The translations under genes and the position numbers were made by a program. Positions 1 through 10,045 of a stretch of 64,000 nt of DNA are shown piece after piece (position 1 is the stretch's first letter; every line of letters starts with the position of its first letter). The DNA comes from a bacterium (GTDB lineage: Bacteria; Patescibacteriota; Andersenbacteria; UBA10190): assembly GCA_043811915.1 (NCBI GenBank), contig JBDRMS010000009.1, forward strand, positions 9,960 to 73,959, in the 5' to 3' direction. The notes under the pieces were generated by a model, which ran no database searches, was not told the origin of the DNA, and saw only the letters and a program-made list of their open reading frames with translations.

Positions 1-1
1 C

Positions 2-112
2 CACCAGAAAATCACCGGCGTCAAAATGAAAGCTAAAAAACGCCATAAGAAGTATTTCGGCCACAAACAACACTACACCGAAATAGAGATCACCAGCATC
101 AAAACCAGATAG
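2..112 (+). CDS. rplU: 50S ribosomal protein L21, 3' end (partial)
   Basis: Frame from nt 2 reads HQKITGVKMKAKKRHKKYFGHKQHYTEIEITSIKTR*, matching the L21 C-terminal GH(R/K)Q.YT.I.I..I motif; not in the ORF track. Confidence 0.9.
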   Translation, partial: HQKITGVKMKAKKRHKKYFGHKQHYTEIEITSIKTR

Positions 113-143
113 TGTGTTAAACAGCATCCAGACATCGTATAAA

Positions 144-172
144 GCCAATTCCAACCCTTAGGGTTGGAATTG
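144..172. repeat. 29-bp palindromic element, copy 1 (also a plausible bidirectional terminator)
   Basis: GCCAATTCCAACCC-TTA-GGGTTGGAATTG; identical copy at 35161-35189; lies between convergent genes. Confidence 0.85.
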
Positions 173-176
173 CTGA

Positions 177-488
177 TTATTGGCACAGGCCCGTCAGCCA
201 GTTAAAGACAACACTGCTTAGCTGGGTAGGGGAGCCATAGCACGCCACCAAGCGCAAATTACTGGGGCGAAAAAATTCTACTAACTCGTTGTAAGAGTCA
301 ATAGTCGGTTTAAATACTTCATAAACAATAGAAGGGGAGCGTTGTTGCACCTCCAATCCGGCGTAACGCGAACCTGGCGCTGTTCGAAATAATAGAGGAT
401 TTTGCACTAGCGCCACTAGCAGCAATACTACCAGCAATAACAAAACAATCAACAACACTTGTTCCCCCCTGTTAAGTTTTCTTTTCAT
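177..488 (-). CDS. hypothetical membrane-anchored protein
   Basis: 103-aa ORF with a strong N-terminal hydrophobic helix; start overlaps the recR stop. Confidence 0.6.
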   Translation of the reverse strand: MKRKLNRGEQVLLIVLLLLVVLLLVALVQNPLLFRTAPGSRYAGLEVQQRSPSIVYEVFKPTIDSYNELVEFFRPSNLRLVACYGSPTQLSSVVFNWLTGLCQ

Positions 489-1087
489 AGAGATGTGCGG
501 CCGGTAAACGCCGCCGCCAGCGTCGTGGCATCAGCAAACTCAATATCACCGCCCGTCGGCAAACCGCGCCCCAACCTCGTAGTCGAAAGTTTTTTTCCAC
601 TTAGCCCCCGCACTATGTGACGCGCCGTTGCTTCACCCTCCATTGTCGGGTTTAAAGCTAAAATTACCTCCTTTATATTCTCCTGGTCGATTCGCTTAAA
701 CAACTCTTCCATTGTCAACTGCTCTGACCCTATTCCTTCCAGGGGAGACAACACTCCGCCCAGTACGTGGTACAAGCCATGATAAGAATCAGTCCGTTCA
801 ATTGCCTCCACGTCGAGCGGGCTTTCCACCACGCATACCAGCGATGCGACCCTGGTCTCGTCGCGGCACACCTCACACACTTCACGTTCTGCCAGATTGT
901 AGCAACGCTGGCAAATCCGTACATTAGCGTGCAAATTCTTCAACTTATCACCCATCCTCGAGACCACCGACCGTGGCTGGCGCAAAAGATGTATAGATAA
1001 ACGCTTGGCCGTTTTTGGACCAATACCCGGTAAACGGGTCAACTCTTCCGCCAGCTCACGCACCGCTCTTGGCAAAACCGAGCGCAT
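485..1087 (-). CDS. recR: recombination mediator RecR
   Basis: HhH LPGIGPKTA, C4 zinc finger, TOPRIM CVVE...YHVLGG.LSPL, NPTMEGEAT. Confidence 0.97.
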   Translation of the reverse strand: MRSVLPRAVRELAEELTRLPGIGPKTAKRLSIHLLRQPRSVVSRMGDKLKNLHANVRICQRCYNLAEREVCEVCRDETRVASLVCVVESPLDVEAIERTDSYHGLYHVLGGVLSPLEGIGSEQLTMEELFKRIDQENIKEVILALNPTMEGEATARHIVRGLSGKKLSTTRLGRGLPTGGDIEFADATTLAAAFTGRTSL

Positions 1088-1096
1088 ATATATAAG

Positions 1097-2527
1097 TCAG
1101 GTAACCGTTATCTCTTCTATCTCTTCTGCTTCTTCATATTCATCGGCATTTTCCGGCGGCACTTCTGAACCCTCATACCTATCATCAGGTGGCAGACAGG
1201 TAACATACCTGGAGTGAAAACGAAGAGGTATTTCACCCGTCGGCCCGTTGCGATGCTTTTCAATCAGCAGCGATATATCATGTACATCCGTTTTCTCCGT
1301 CGAAGAGTCAGGATCATCAGCTCCAACCCGGTGAATAAACATCACGATATCCGCATCTTGCTCGATCGATCCGCTTTCGCGTAAATCAGATAGTTTCGGT
1401 CGCTGGCTGGCGCGCATTTCCACCGCTCGCGACAGCTGTGACAACGCAATAATTGGAATATTTAGCTCAATGGCCAGTTTTTTAAGGCTGCGCGAAATAT
1501 CGGACACTTCCTGCACCCGGTTATCCGTATAACGGCGCGATTCCATCAACTGCAAATAATCAATGATTAAAAGTCCCAAGCCGTGCTCTGCCTGCAGCCG
1601 CCTGGCCATAGTCCGTATTCCCATCACGTTATTAGAGGCCTGGTCGTCAATATAGAGCGGCGCCTCTGACAAGTCTCCCATCGCGTGTCCCAGGCGCGCA
1701 AAATCATCAAACTCTCCTTCTGTTTGTAACTTGCCCGTTCTCATCCGCCATAAGTCCACGTGAGCGTGAGCAGCCATCAACCGGTCTACCAGCTGTTCTT
1801 TGGACATCTCCAGACTAAACACCCCCACCGACACCCCCGCCAAGGCCGCGTGACGGGCAAAATCCAAAGCCAGCGTTGTTTTACCCATCGAAGGGCGAGA
1901 TGCCAATACGATCAGATCAGAATTCTGCCAACCAGCCAAATGACGATCCAGGGCCGGAAAACCGGTTGTCACGCCACGCAGTTCCTTATCACCCTTCTGT
2001 AATTTATCTATACGTTCGAATGCCTCCTCCAACGCTTCTGAAACCTTAGTAAAGTGTTGAAAGCGATATTCACGCGAGACAGAAAATAATAACCGCTCCG
2101 CTTCGTCTAGCGTTGTTTCAATATCGGCCGCTTCCTCAAAACCAATGCTGGTAATAGTAGAGGCTGCCGTAATTAATCGCCGCAAGGTGGCATATTTTTG
2201 CACAATACGGCCATAGTGCGTTACATTCCCCGCCGTCGGCACCACCGTAGCTAAATGTGCCACAGCGGCTTCCGAGCCAACTGCCTCTAATTGCTTTTTT
2301 TCCCTAAGGCGATTAGTCAGCGACACCACATCAATCGGTTGAGCTGCTTCATACAGCTCATTGCATGCCTGATAAATCTGGCGATGCGAATCCCTGTAAA
2401 AGTCTTCAGCTGTCAGAAAATCAGCCACCCGCATCATGGCGTCCTTATCAATTAAAAGACTGCCCAGCACCGACTCCTCCGCCTCATAGCTATGCGGCGG
2501 AATCCTCAAACCGACATTACCGGGCAT
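1097..2527 (-). CDS. dnaB: replicative DNA helicase
   Basis: PPHSYEAE N-terminus, RPSMGKT Walker A, IIDYLQLM, LSQLSR, DLRESGSIEQDAD, KHRNGP. Confidence 0.98.
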   Translation of the reverse strand: MPGNVGLRIPPHSYEAEESVLGSLLIDKDAMMRVADFLTAEDFYRDSHRQIYQACNELYEAAQPIDVVSLTNRLREKKQLEAVGSEAAVAHLATVVPTAGNVTHYGRIVQKYATLRRLITAASTITSIGFEEAADIETTLDEAERLLFSVSREYRFQHFTKVSEALEEAFERIDKLQKGDKELRGVTTGFPALDRHLAGWQNSDLIVLASRPSMGKTTLALDFARHAALAGVSVGVFSLEMSKEQLVDRLMAAHAHVDLWRMRTGKLQTEGEFDDFARLGHAMGDLSEAPLYIDDQASNNVMGIRTMARRLQAEHGLGLLIIDYLQLMESRRYTDNRVQEVSDISRSLKKLAIELNIPIIALSQLSRAVEMRASQRPKLSDLRESGSIEQDADIVMFIHRVGADDPDSSTEKTDVHDISLLIEKHRNGPTGEIPLRFHSRYVTCLPPDDRYEGSEVPPENADEYEEAEEIEEITVT

Positions 2528-2640
2528 ACGACCTCATATCTATTATATCAGAGGTAGTATACTCCCGCTCCGTCCGCGCCGCACGTGGATAAGCTGTGAA
2601 TTACTATTTGTTTTGCCACGCCGGGAAAACACAGGTGCGG

Positions 2641-4056
2641 CTAAATCTTTATTACCCTTGGTTCTGAACCGGTATCCTCAATTTTATATCCCATTTTTTC
2701 CACTTTTTGACGCAGTCGATCAGCCTCGTCAAAATCGCCGCCTTTTCGAGCCCGTTCACGCCGATCAACTAACATCCGTACATCATCCGGCACCGCTTCG
2801 CCCTCCAGCTCCAACTTTAATGGCTCTATTACGCCCAACACCTTATCCATAACCATTAAGGTTGCCAGGCCGTCTTGTTTTTGCTCCCTCTTATTGATCT
2901 CGCGCACATAATCCCGGAACACCGCCCAGGCCCGAGGAGTGTTTAAGTCGTCGGCCAAGGCTTCGCCGAAACGCTTAATGACAGCAGTCTCCGGGAAAAC
3001 ACCTGGTGTTGACGGAGCAACACCAGGTGTTGAGAAGGAGACTGCACGCAACAACTGCTTTATTGTCTCCAAATTACCCTGCGCTTCGTCCAGTGCTTCC
3101 CAGGAAAAATCTATTTTTGACCGGTAATGGCTGCCAAATACCAGCAGCCTAAAAGCTAGAGGGGAGTATCCCTTTTTCTCCACAGTATCCAGTGTAATTT
3201 GTTTACCCTCTCTCTTGGCTAATTTATTGCCAGCCATCTGCAAATGACTATTATGCAGCCATAGACGGACAAACTTTTCACCCGTCGCTCCTTCTGCCTG
3301 GGCTATTTCATTCTCATGATGAGGAAACTTATTGTCCTCGCCGCCAGTGTGAATATCAATCCCGCTGCCTAAATACTCCAGGCTCATGGCCGAACATTCA
3401 ATATGCCAGCCCGGATAGCCCACCCCCCAGGGCGATTTCCACTTTTGCTCGTGCTTGTTATCCAGTACCCACAAAGCAAAATCAGCCGGATGCTTTTTTT
3501 CTTCCCGCACTTCGATTCGTTTGCCCGCCTTCAAATCCTTCAGCTTATTACCTGATAGCTTGCCGTATTGTGGAAAAGATTGAACGTCAAAATATACACC
3601 GGTCCTCGTCTTATATGCGTGTCCATTTTCAATTAATTTTTTTATTAAGCTCCTCATTTGCCCAATATGCTCACTTGCTCGCGGGTACCGTTCGGCTTTC
3701 CGAATATTTAATTTCTTCAAATCTTCAAAAAATAATCCAATTTGCTCTTCAGCCAACTCCTGCGGAGATAATTTTCTTGATTTCGCCTCCTTCTCTACCT
3801 TGTCCTCGCCTTCGTCAATATCATCTTCTGTCAGATGGCCCACATCTGTAATATTCATAATTTCTTTCACTTCATATCCCAGAAACTCGAGTGTCCGGTG
3901 CAGGAAATCAGCAAATAAATACCGCCGCATATTGCCAATATGCTGTCGCTTGTACACCGTCGGCCCGCAGTTATATATCCGTGCCTTACCCTCAACCTTC
4001 GGCTCAAAGGGCTCCACGTTCTTCGTCAGTGAATTATAGAATTTTACTTCTTCCAT
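2641..4056 (-). CDS. cysS: cysteine--tRNA ligase
   Basis: YNCGPTVY, HIGN, DFALW, PGWHIECS, HTGGEDNKFPHHENE, DDLNTP; KMSKS variant KLAKR. Confidence 0.97.
   Translation of the reverse strand: MEEVKFYNSLTKNVEPFEPKVEGKARIYNCGPTVYKRQHIGNMRRYLFADFLHRTLEFLGYEVKEIMNITDVGHLTEDDIDEGEDKVEKEAKSRKLSPQELAEEQIGLFFEDLKKLNIRKAERYPRASEHIGQMRSLIKKLIENGHAYKTRTGVYFDVQSFPQYGKLSGNKLKDLKAGKRIEVREEKKHPADFALWVLDNKHEQKWKSPWGVGYPGWHIECSAMSLEYLGSGIDIHTGGEDNKFPHHENEIAQAEGATGEKFVRLWLHNSHLQMAGNKLAKREGKQITLDTVEKKGYSPLAFRLLVFGSHYRSKIDFSWEALDEAQGNLETIKQLLRAVSFSTPGVAPSTPGVFPETAVIKRFGEALADDLNTPRAWAVFRDYVREINKREQKQDGLATLMVMDKVLGVIEPLKLELEGEAVPDDVRMLVDRRERARKGGDFDEADRLRQKVEKMGYKIEDTGSEPRVIKI
2998..3032. repeat. two AACACCWGGTGTT palindromes in frame inside cysS (STPGVAPSTPGV)
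   Basis: AACACCTGGTGTT (2998-3010) and CAACACCAGGTGTTG (3018-3032); same core is intergenic at 52877-52901. Confidence 0.75.
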
Positions 4057-4136
4057 TGGGGATAACTTCAGTTAACTCCAATGATACACTAATACGGCTG
4101 ATTTTCAGTTTGCACCTTCACCAAAAGGAGATAAAC

Positions 4137-4823
4137 GTGCAAAATTCACGTTTCCCTGTCGGCTTGGACATTGATGACGTCCTGTTGTGGTATGAAGTTA
4201 GTCTCTTCCTCGGTTACTGCCAGCAGCATCTTGGCTGGGCAGTAAATCTTCAAGCGTATAATGAGACTCATTCCTGGCAGGAAGCAACCAGCGGAAGAAC
4301 CCCGGCGGAAATATCACCAGTCTTCGCAAAGTTTTTGCTAGGAAATGCAGGCACACAAAACCTCGTACCGGGGGCCTACGAAGCACTGCGTCAGTTAGCG
4401 CCTTTTTGTTCTTGGCACTGTATCACTGCCCGGCCCGTTGCGCTGCGTACTGTTACCTTGAGCGTTTTGGAACGGTATTGTCCCGGTATAAACTTTGCTT
4501 CTTTCGACTGGCACAAGAGCCTGACCAAAGCCGACGTTATTCTGCAACGCGGCATTCTGGCCCATGTGGAAGACTCCACTCAAGAGATCGAGCTCATTCT
4601 GGACAGAGGAGTGAATATCACCATTATTCAGTTCCCGGCTTTCCGGGGCTGCCCGCAGCGTACCTTCAAGGATAACAGGGTAATTCGCCTCGCTGCCTGC
4701 GACTGCGCGCAAACAGCAAGCTGCCTGGCCGATCAGAAAAAGTTATGGCGGCACGCCTGGCAGCAAGTACAGCAGGAAATCCAGCAACGGCTGCCCATTC
4801 TCTCATCTACTGCAGCGCCCTAA
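4137..4823 (+). CDS. HAD-superfamily 5'(3')-deoxyribonucleotidase-like protein
   Basis: GLDIDDVL (DxD), ITARP and VEDS motifs; AAGGAG 6 nt before GTG at 4137; the ORF-track start at 3891 overlaps cysS. Confidence 0.75.
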   Translation: MQNSRFPVGLDIDDVLLWYEVSLFLGYCQQHLGWAVNLQAYNETHSWQEATSGRTPAEISPVFAKFLLGNAGTQNLVPGAYEALRQLAPFCSWHCITARPVALRTVTLSVLERYCPGINFASFDWHKSLTKADVILQRGILAHVEDSTQEIELILDRGVNITIIQFPAFRGCPQRTFKDNRVIRLAACDCAQTASCLADQKKLWRHAWQQVQQEIQQRLPILSSTAAP

Positions 4824-4850
4824 AAAGCGCTTTTTTCTTGCCCTGTTTTT

Positions 4851-5759
4851 TTACAGCAACCTCTTACGGCCAGCCTTAATCAAAATAAACAGTAGCGTTA
4901 TTGTCATCAATCCCACCACTACCCAAAAGGCAATATTGTCCACCATGGTGGCGTTTGCCGCCCGGGGATTAAAGAATGGGCCCACCAGCACCAGCATCGG
5001 AATAACCACGATTGAGTAAATAGTAAGCAACCGTAACAGTTCATTCTCCTTATACTGCAGCATAGTAAAGTTGGCGTTGGAAAGTTCTCTCACACTCTCA
5101 AACATACTCTCCAGGGTCTCCCACATCCGAAGCAATTGCCCGTGCACCCGCTGCCACTTAGCCGCCACCGCCGGTGTAATAAAAACATGGCGCGGCACTG
5201 CGGCAAATAATCTGGTATGAGGACGAATTATTTTGCGGAAATCCATTACATCCCGCGTTAACACAGATATCTCCTCCACCATCTTCCTTTCATAACCCTG
5301 AAAAATTGCGTCTTCGGCAATATCAATGTGCTTGGCCAGCCGCTCCAGTTTATGAAAAGATGTTTCATTAAGTGACGAGATTATATACAAACATAACGCC
5401 AGCCCTTCATCCGCGAAGTATTCCTCCTGCTGTTCCGGTGATAATTCAAAATCCTGACGAATTTTATCCAACACCACCAGCGGCTCGTAGTGTAAACTAA
5501 ACAACTGCTGTCGCTTGACTACAAAAAAGACCGACACGCCATGCGTAACTCGCACCTTGCGGTCGAACACCGGTATTTGAATCAAAAGAAACAGATAATC
5601 ATCCCGCACCGCAACCTCGGGACGGTGGTGTCTCTCCGCCACAAATTCTGCATCAGTCGGAGTTAGGCCCGCTTCCCGCACAAATTCAACCAGCTCGCGC
5701 GACTCCGGACTTTGTACGTTAACCCAGGTCAGCCCCTTTGAGGTAACTGTGTGCTTCAT
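4851..5759 (-). CDS. CorA-family divalent cation transporter
   Basis: TWVNV..P N-terminus, HRP, long helical stalk, NE.LRLLT and two C-terminal TM helices; GMN signature degenerate. Confidence 0.85.
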   Translation of the reverse strand: MKHTVTSKGLTWVNVQSPESRELVEFVREAGLTPTDAEFVAERHHRPEVAVRDDYLFLLIQIPVFDRKVRVTHGVSVFFVVKRQQLFSLHYEPLVVLDKIRQDFELSPEQQEEYFADEGLALCLYIISSLNETSFHKLERLAKHIDIAEDAIFQGYERKMVEEISVLTRDVMDFRKIIRPHTRLFAAVPRHVFITPAVAAKWQRVHGQLLRMWETLESMFESVRELSNANFTMLQYKENELLRLLTIYSIVVIPMLVLVGPFFNPRAANATMVDNIAFWVVVGLMTITLLFILIKAGRKRLL

Positions 5760-5777
5760 GATATGCTTAACTGATAC

Positions 5778-6908
5778 ATGGACCAGTATACCACGAATAA
5801 AACGTCTGCACGCCTGGTGGCCTTCGCCCTGCCTTTTCTTTTCATCGGCACCCTTCAGTTGGCCGGCTGCGCCAGTAATAAATTACCACCGCCTCCTCCC
5901 GGCGGCGCTTACCGTTCCACTAGTGGTGGAGCCCAATTTGACCAATCCGTAAACCTGGTTGATGAAACCGGCGCCCTAACCGGTTATATTTCTCAACTTT
6001 CTCTGCGCACTATTCATCGCACCTCTGCAGACCCGGCCATCATATATGCCACCGCTGCCGGGCAGGGGATAGTGGTTTCTCGCGATGACGGTGTAACCTG
6101 GCAAAAAGCCAACCAGCCTCTCGCCTCCGCCATGGGAATTAGTATGATCGGTGACGGCGTGCTTTTAACTTCAGGCACAAATGATGATGGTGAAGGAATT
6201 ATTATTCGCAGCCTGGACAGCGGTTACAGTTGGGAAAGAGTTCTCACTATACCCGCCTTTAAAAAAGACAAAAAACCGTTCTTCATGGAAATTATTAAGC
6301 CGCCCCCGCCTCCTCCTGTCTATGTTTCAACTATCGTTCCCAATCCTTTTCATCAGGACCGCGCCTATGCCACAACCAGTACCGGCGACCTGCTGGCCGG
6401 CGAGCAATCGGGCAAAGTGTGGTATAACATACTCACCGTTTCACCTATCGGTAAAGTATTCCCCTCACCTCATCAGGATGAAGAATTGTTGTTAGTGACA
6501 ACTGACGGCAAATTATTCCGATCACAAGGCGAGGAAGAAGAGGCACTAACCCTGCCGAGCGGGGCCAAGGCTCTCGATGCCGCCTATATTAAACAATTTC
6601 CCGACGCTTTGCTTATCGGTACCAATCAGGGTGCCTACATCTCGCGCGACCGCGGCGTCAACTGGTTAAAACTAGCTCTGCCTATTAGCACCTCGGCTCC
6701 TCTGCGGAACATTGTAGTTAGGGTAAGTCCCACCAATGCCAATCGTTTCTTAATTAGTGTCGACAGTGTCCTGTACCGTTCTGAAGATGGGGGAGAGACC
6801 TGGAACGCTCTTTCTCTGAACCTGCCCAATCACGTTATTACCGATATTTCCATTGATCCCCAAAATGCCGCCCGCGTCCTGGCCGTCACCACCCCCATCC
6901 AGACTTAA
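5778..6908 (+). CDS. lipoprotein with BNR/Asp-box beta-propeller repeats
   Basis: Lipobox LAGC; repeated S.D.G.(T/S/N)W motifs (SRDDGVTW, SLDSGYSW, SRDRGVNW, SEDGGETW). Confidence 0.8.
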   Translation: MDQYTTNKTSARLVAFALPFLFIGTLQLAGCASNKLPPPPPGGAYRSTSGGAQFDQSVNLVDETGALTGYISQLSLRTIHRTSADPAIIYATAAGQGIVVSRDDGVTWQKANQPLASAMGISMIGDGVLLTSGTNDDGEGIIIRSLDSGYSWERVLTIPAFKKDKKPFFMEIIKPPPPPPVYVSTIVPNPFHQDRAYATTSTGDLLAGEQSGKVWYNILTVSPIGKVFPSPHQDEELLLVTTDGKLFRSQGEEEEALTLPSGAKALDAAYIKQFPDALLIGTNQGAYISRDRGVNWLKLALPISTSAPLRNIVVRVSPTNANRFLISVDSVLYRSEDGGETWNALSLNLPNHVITDISIDPQNAARVLAVTTPIQT

Positions 6909-6932
6909 CAAGGTTAACATAAGACTTGCATA

Positions 6933-6959
6933 TTAGCACTCGTAGTGTTAGAGTGCTAA
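6933..6959. promoter_or_regulatory. CIRCE element (HrcA operator)
   Basis: Perfect TTAGCACTC-N9-GAGTGCTAA ending 12 nt upstream of the hrcA start. Confidence 0.97.
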
Positions 6960-6971
6960 TAATCTATTTAT

Positions 6972-7688
6972 ATGGACAAACATCACGCCCTCATTTTGCA
7001 GCATCTGGTCAGAGAATACATTAATACCGGCCAGCCGGTCGGCAGTCGGCTGTTGTCCGGCACTATCCGAATATCAGCCAGTCCCGCCACCATCAGGTCG
7101 CGCTTGCGCAGTCTTGAGCAAGACGGCTACCTCGAGCAGCCGCACACCTCCGCCGGCCGTCTGCCCACCGACCAGGGATATCGATATTTTGTCGATCAGC
7201 AGCTACATTCCTTCAGGCCCAGCGCGCGTAAACTTTCCGAATTGGCTCGCCGCCTCCATATCATTCGCACGGACCACCCCCATCTGGAAAGAGCCGCCAC
7301 TCATTTACTTGCCAGCCTGTGTCAAGCCATTGCTGTAACCGGCTGGCTGCCATCTCACCAGGTTCAGGAAGCGGGCTTGGCAGACCTGTGTACGTCTGAA
7401 GACAGCGTTGATCACAACACACTGCGGGAACTGTCATTTTTACTCAAACATGTTGATGTCCATCTCCCTGAGCTTGCTGCTTTAAGCCAGAACCATACCC
7501 ATGTCTTCATCGGCCGGGAAAATCCTATTGGCAACGCTCGCTACACCAGTTTTATGACCCGCGCCGCCAATTTACCAAATGGGCAGCAGGCCGTCTTTAT
7601 GCTAATTGGTCCCAAGCGCATGCCCTACCAGCGCAACGCAGACATTCTGGACAATCTGGCTCAATTGTTTGAATATAATCGCCTATGA
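6972..7688 (+). CDS. hrcA: heat-inducible transcription repressor HrcA (short form)
   Basis: EYINTGQPVGS, SPATIR, LEQPHTSAGRLPTDQGYRYFV, IGPKRMPY; CIRCE upstream. Confidence 0.93.
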   Translation: MDKHHALILQHLVREYINTGQPVGSRLLSGTIRISASPATIRSRLRSLEQDGYLEQPHTSAGRLPTDQGYRYFVDQQLHSFRPSARKLSELARRLHIIRTDHPHLERAATHLLASLCQAIAVTGWLPSHQVQEAGLADLCTSEDSVDHNTLRELSFLLKHVDVHLPELAALSQNHTHVFIGRENPIGNARYTSFMTRAANLPNGQQAVFMLIGPKRMPYQRNADILDNLAQLFEYNRL

Positions 7689-8146
7689 CACACGCCAGTA
7701 CTTTACACAGCCCGGCCAGGCTCAAAGAACAGGAGTACTTAGCCGGTTGGCAGCGCGCCCGCGCGGAACTGGACAACTTCCGCAAACGCATGTTTGAAGA
7801 ACAAAGCAGCCAGCAACAGCGCACGCGGCAGGAAGTAGTTACCTCTCTCCTCGAATTGGCCGACAACTTTCAATCTATGGCCAACCACCTGCCAGATGAA
7901 TTAGCCGGCCACTCCTGGACCCAGGGTGTTATGCATATTGCCCGCCAGTTGCAAAATCTTCTTCATGATTACGGCGTGACCCCCATCAACACTGTCGGCG
8001 ACCAGTTTAATCCCAGTCAGCACGAAGCGATATCTCACACCAAAACACCAAAAATAAAAAGCGGCCGAATAACCAAAGTCGTGCGAGTCGGCTATAAGAT
8101 GGGGGACATAGTGATCAGGCCGGCTAAAGTTAAAGTAGCTAAATAA
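7685..8146 (+). CDS. grpE: nucleotide exchange factor GrpE
   Basis: RARAELDNFRKR, FNPSQHEAI, GYKMGDIVIRPAKVKV. Confidence 0.95.
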   Translation: MTHASTLHSPARLKEQEYLAGWQRARAELDNFRKRMFEEQSSQQQRTRQEVVTSLLELADNFQSMANHLPDELAGHSWTQGVMHIARQLQNLLHDYGVTPINTVGDQFNPSQHEAISHTKTPKIKSGRITKVVRVGYKMGDIVIRPAKVKVAK

Positions 8147-8173
8147 ATTTTAAATTTTAAACTGCAATTCATT

Positions 8174-10045
8174 ATGAGCACAATATTAGGTATAGATTTA
8201 GGAACAACTAATTCCGCTTTCGCCCACATAGAAGGCGGCAAGTCTACCATTCTGGAAAACAGCGAAGGCAACCGTACCACACCATCAGTCGTGGCTGTCA
8301 GCAAATCAGGCGAAAGACTGGTTGGTATCCTGGCCAAGCGTCAGGCCGTCACTAATCCTGCTAATACTATTTTCTCCGCCAAGCGGCTAATCGGCCGTCG
8401 CTTCAGTGACGAAGTTATCCAAAAAGATAATGAACTTTTACCTTATGAGCTGCGTGAAGGCAGCGACGGGGGAGTGGAAATAAAATTAGGAGAAAAATGG
8501 GTCAGGCCAGCGGAAGTTTCTGCCCAGATTCTCCAGAAAATCAAGGCCGATGCTGAAAGGAAACTAGGCACTGTCATTACCGATGCCGTAATTACCGTAC
8601 CGGCTTACTTTGACGACGCCCAGCGCAAAGCTACCAAAGATGCGGGAGAAATTGCCGGCCTGAAGGTTCGCCGCATTATTAACGAGCCTACCGCTGCTGC
8701 TCTGGCATATGGACTGGATAAAAAGAAAGACGAAAAAGTTGTCGTCTTCGATTTTGGTGGTGGTACTTTCGACATCTCCATTCTGGACATTGCCGAGGAC
8801 ACCATTGAAGTTATTAGCACGCATGGGGATACTCATTTAGGCGGTGACGACTTCGACCAGCGTATCATTGATTGGCTTGTTGGAGAGTTTAAAGCTCAAC
8901 AGGGCATAAACCTGTCGCAGGACCCGATGGCTCTGCAGCGCCTCAAAGAAGCCGCCGAAAAAGCCAAATTGGAACTTTCCAGTGCCAATCAGGCCGAAAT
9001 AAACCAGCCCTTCATTACCACCACCCCTGACGGCCCCAAGCACCTGGTGCTTACTTTGTCACGAGCCAAGCTGGAAGAACTGGTTTCTGACTACATAGAC
9101 AAAGCAATCAACTTAACCAATGATGTCATGGCCGAAGCTAAGCTGAAACCTGGCGATATCAATGAAGTCATTTTAGTCGGTGGGCAAACCCGTATGCCGA
9201 AAATAATCTCCGCCGTCAAAGAAATGTTCGGTAAAGAACCACACCAGGGTATTAATCCCGACGAAGTAGTTGCCATTGGTGCCGCCATCCAGGCCGGTAT
9301 TCTTCAAGGTGATGTAAAAGATGTTCTTCTGCTCGACGTTACTCCGCTTACTCTAGGTTTGGAGACGCTCGGCGGTATTCGTACCCCTCTCATTGAAAAA
9401 AACACCACCATTCCTACCCAAAAATCACAGGTTTTCTCCACCGCGGCTGACAACCAGCCCCAGGTGGAAATTCACGTGCTGCAGGGAGAACGCGATATGG
9501 CCGCCGACAACAAAACCCTGGGACGATTTGTCCTGGACGGCATCCCTCCTGCCCCGCGCGGTCTGCCGCAAATTGAAGTTACCTTCGACATCGACGCCAA
9601 TGGCATACTAAACGTTTCTGCTAAGGACAAGGCTTCAGGTAAAGAACAAAGCATTCGCATCGAAGGCAGTTCAGGCATGAGCGCAGAGGAAATTGAGCGA
9701 ATTAAAAACGAGGCCGCCCAGCACGCCGCCGAAGACAAGAAGAAAAAAGAAGCCATTGAAACTTTGAACCAGGCCGACCAGCTTATCTTTACCGCTGAAA
9801 AAGCTCTTAAAGAAGCAGGGGACAAAGTTGATCAGAACACCAGGAAAGAAGTTCAAGATAAAGTGGAGGCCCTAAAGAAAGTAAAAGACGGCGACGATAT
9901 AGAAAACATCAAAAAAGCCACCGAAGACCTGTCTCAAGCCGCTCAAAAAGTCGGTCAGCAAATGTACCAGCAGCAAGCTCCAGCCGACGCCAAGGCTGAC
10001 GTCGTTGAAGGCACGGCCGATGAAAAGAATGGTAAAATAGGATAA
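8174..10045 (+). CDS. dnaK: chaperone DnaK
   Basis: [42 protein letters not shown]. Confidence 0.99.
   Translation: MSTILGIDLGTTNSAFAHIEGGKSTILENSEGNRTTPSVVAVSKSGERLVGILAKRQAVTNPANTIFSAKRLIGRRFSDEVIQKDNELLPYELREGSDGGVEIKLGEKWVRPAEVSAQILQKIKADAERKLGTVITDAVITVPAYFDDAQRKATKDAGEIAGLKVRRIINEPTAAALAYGLDKKKDEKVVVFDFGGGTFDISILDIAEDTIEVISTHGDTHLGGDDFDQRIIDWLVGEFKAQQGINLSQDPMALQRLKEAAEKAKLELSSANQAEINQPFITTTPDGPKHLVLTLSRAKLEELVSDYIDKAINLTNDVMAEAKLKPGDINEVILVGGQTRMPKIISAVKEMFGKEPHQGINPDEVVAIGAAIQAGILQGDVKDVLLLDVTPLTLGLETLGGIRTPLIEKNTTIPTQKSQVFSTAADNQPQVEIHVLQGERDMAADNKTLGRFVLDGIPPAPRGLPQIEVTFDIDANGILNVSAKDKASGKEQSIRIEGSSGMSAEEIERIKNEAAQHAAEDKKKKEAIETLNQADQLIFTAEKALKEAGDKVDQNTRKEVQDKVEALKKVKDGDDIENIKKATEDLSQAAQKVGQQMYQQQAPADAKADVVEGTADEKNGKIG

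Noticed and set aside
2585-2598. DnaA-box-like sequences upstream of dnaB (also single boxes at 25123-25131 and 45267-45275) as oriC
   Set aside because: Boxes are isolated, with no cluster, no dnaA/dnaN and no visible skew switch; at most local regulation.
3891-4136. N-terminal extension of the HAD ORF in the ORF track
   Set aside because: Overlaps cysS on the opposite strand; an SD-supported GTG at 4137 is the better start.
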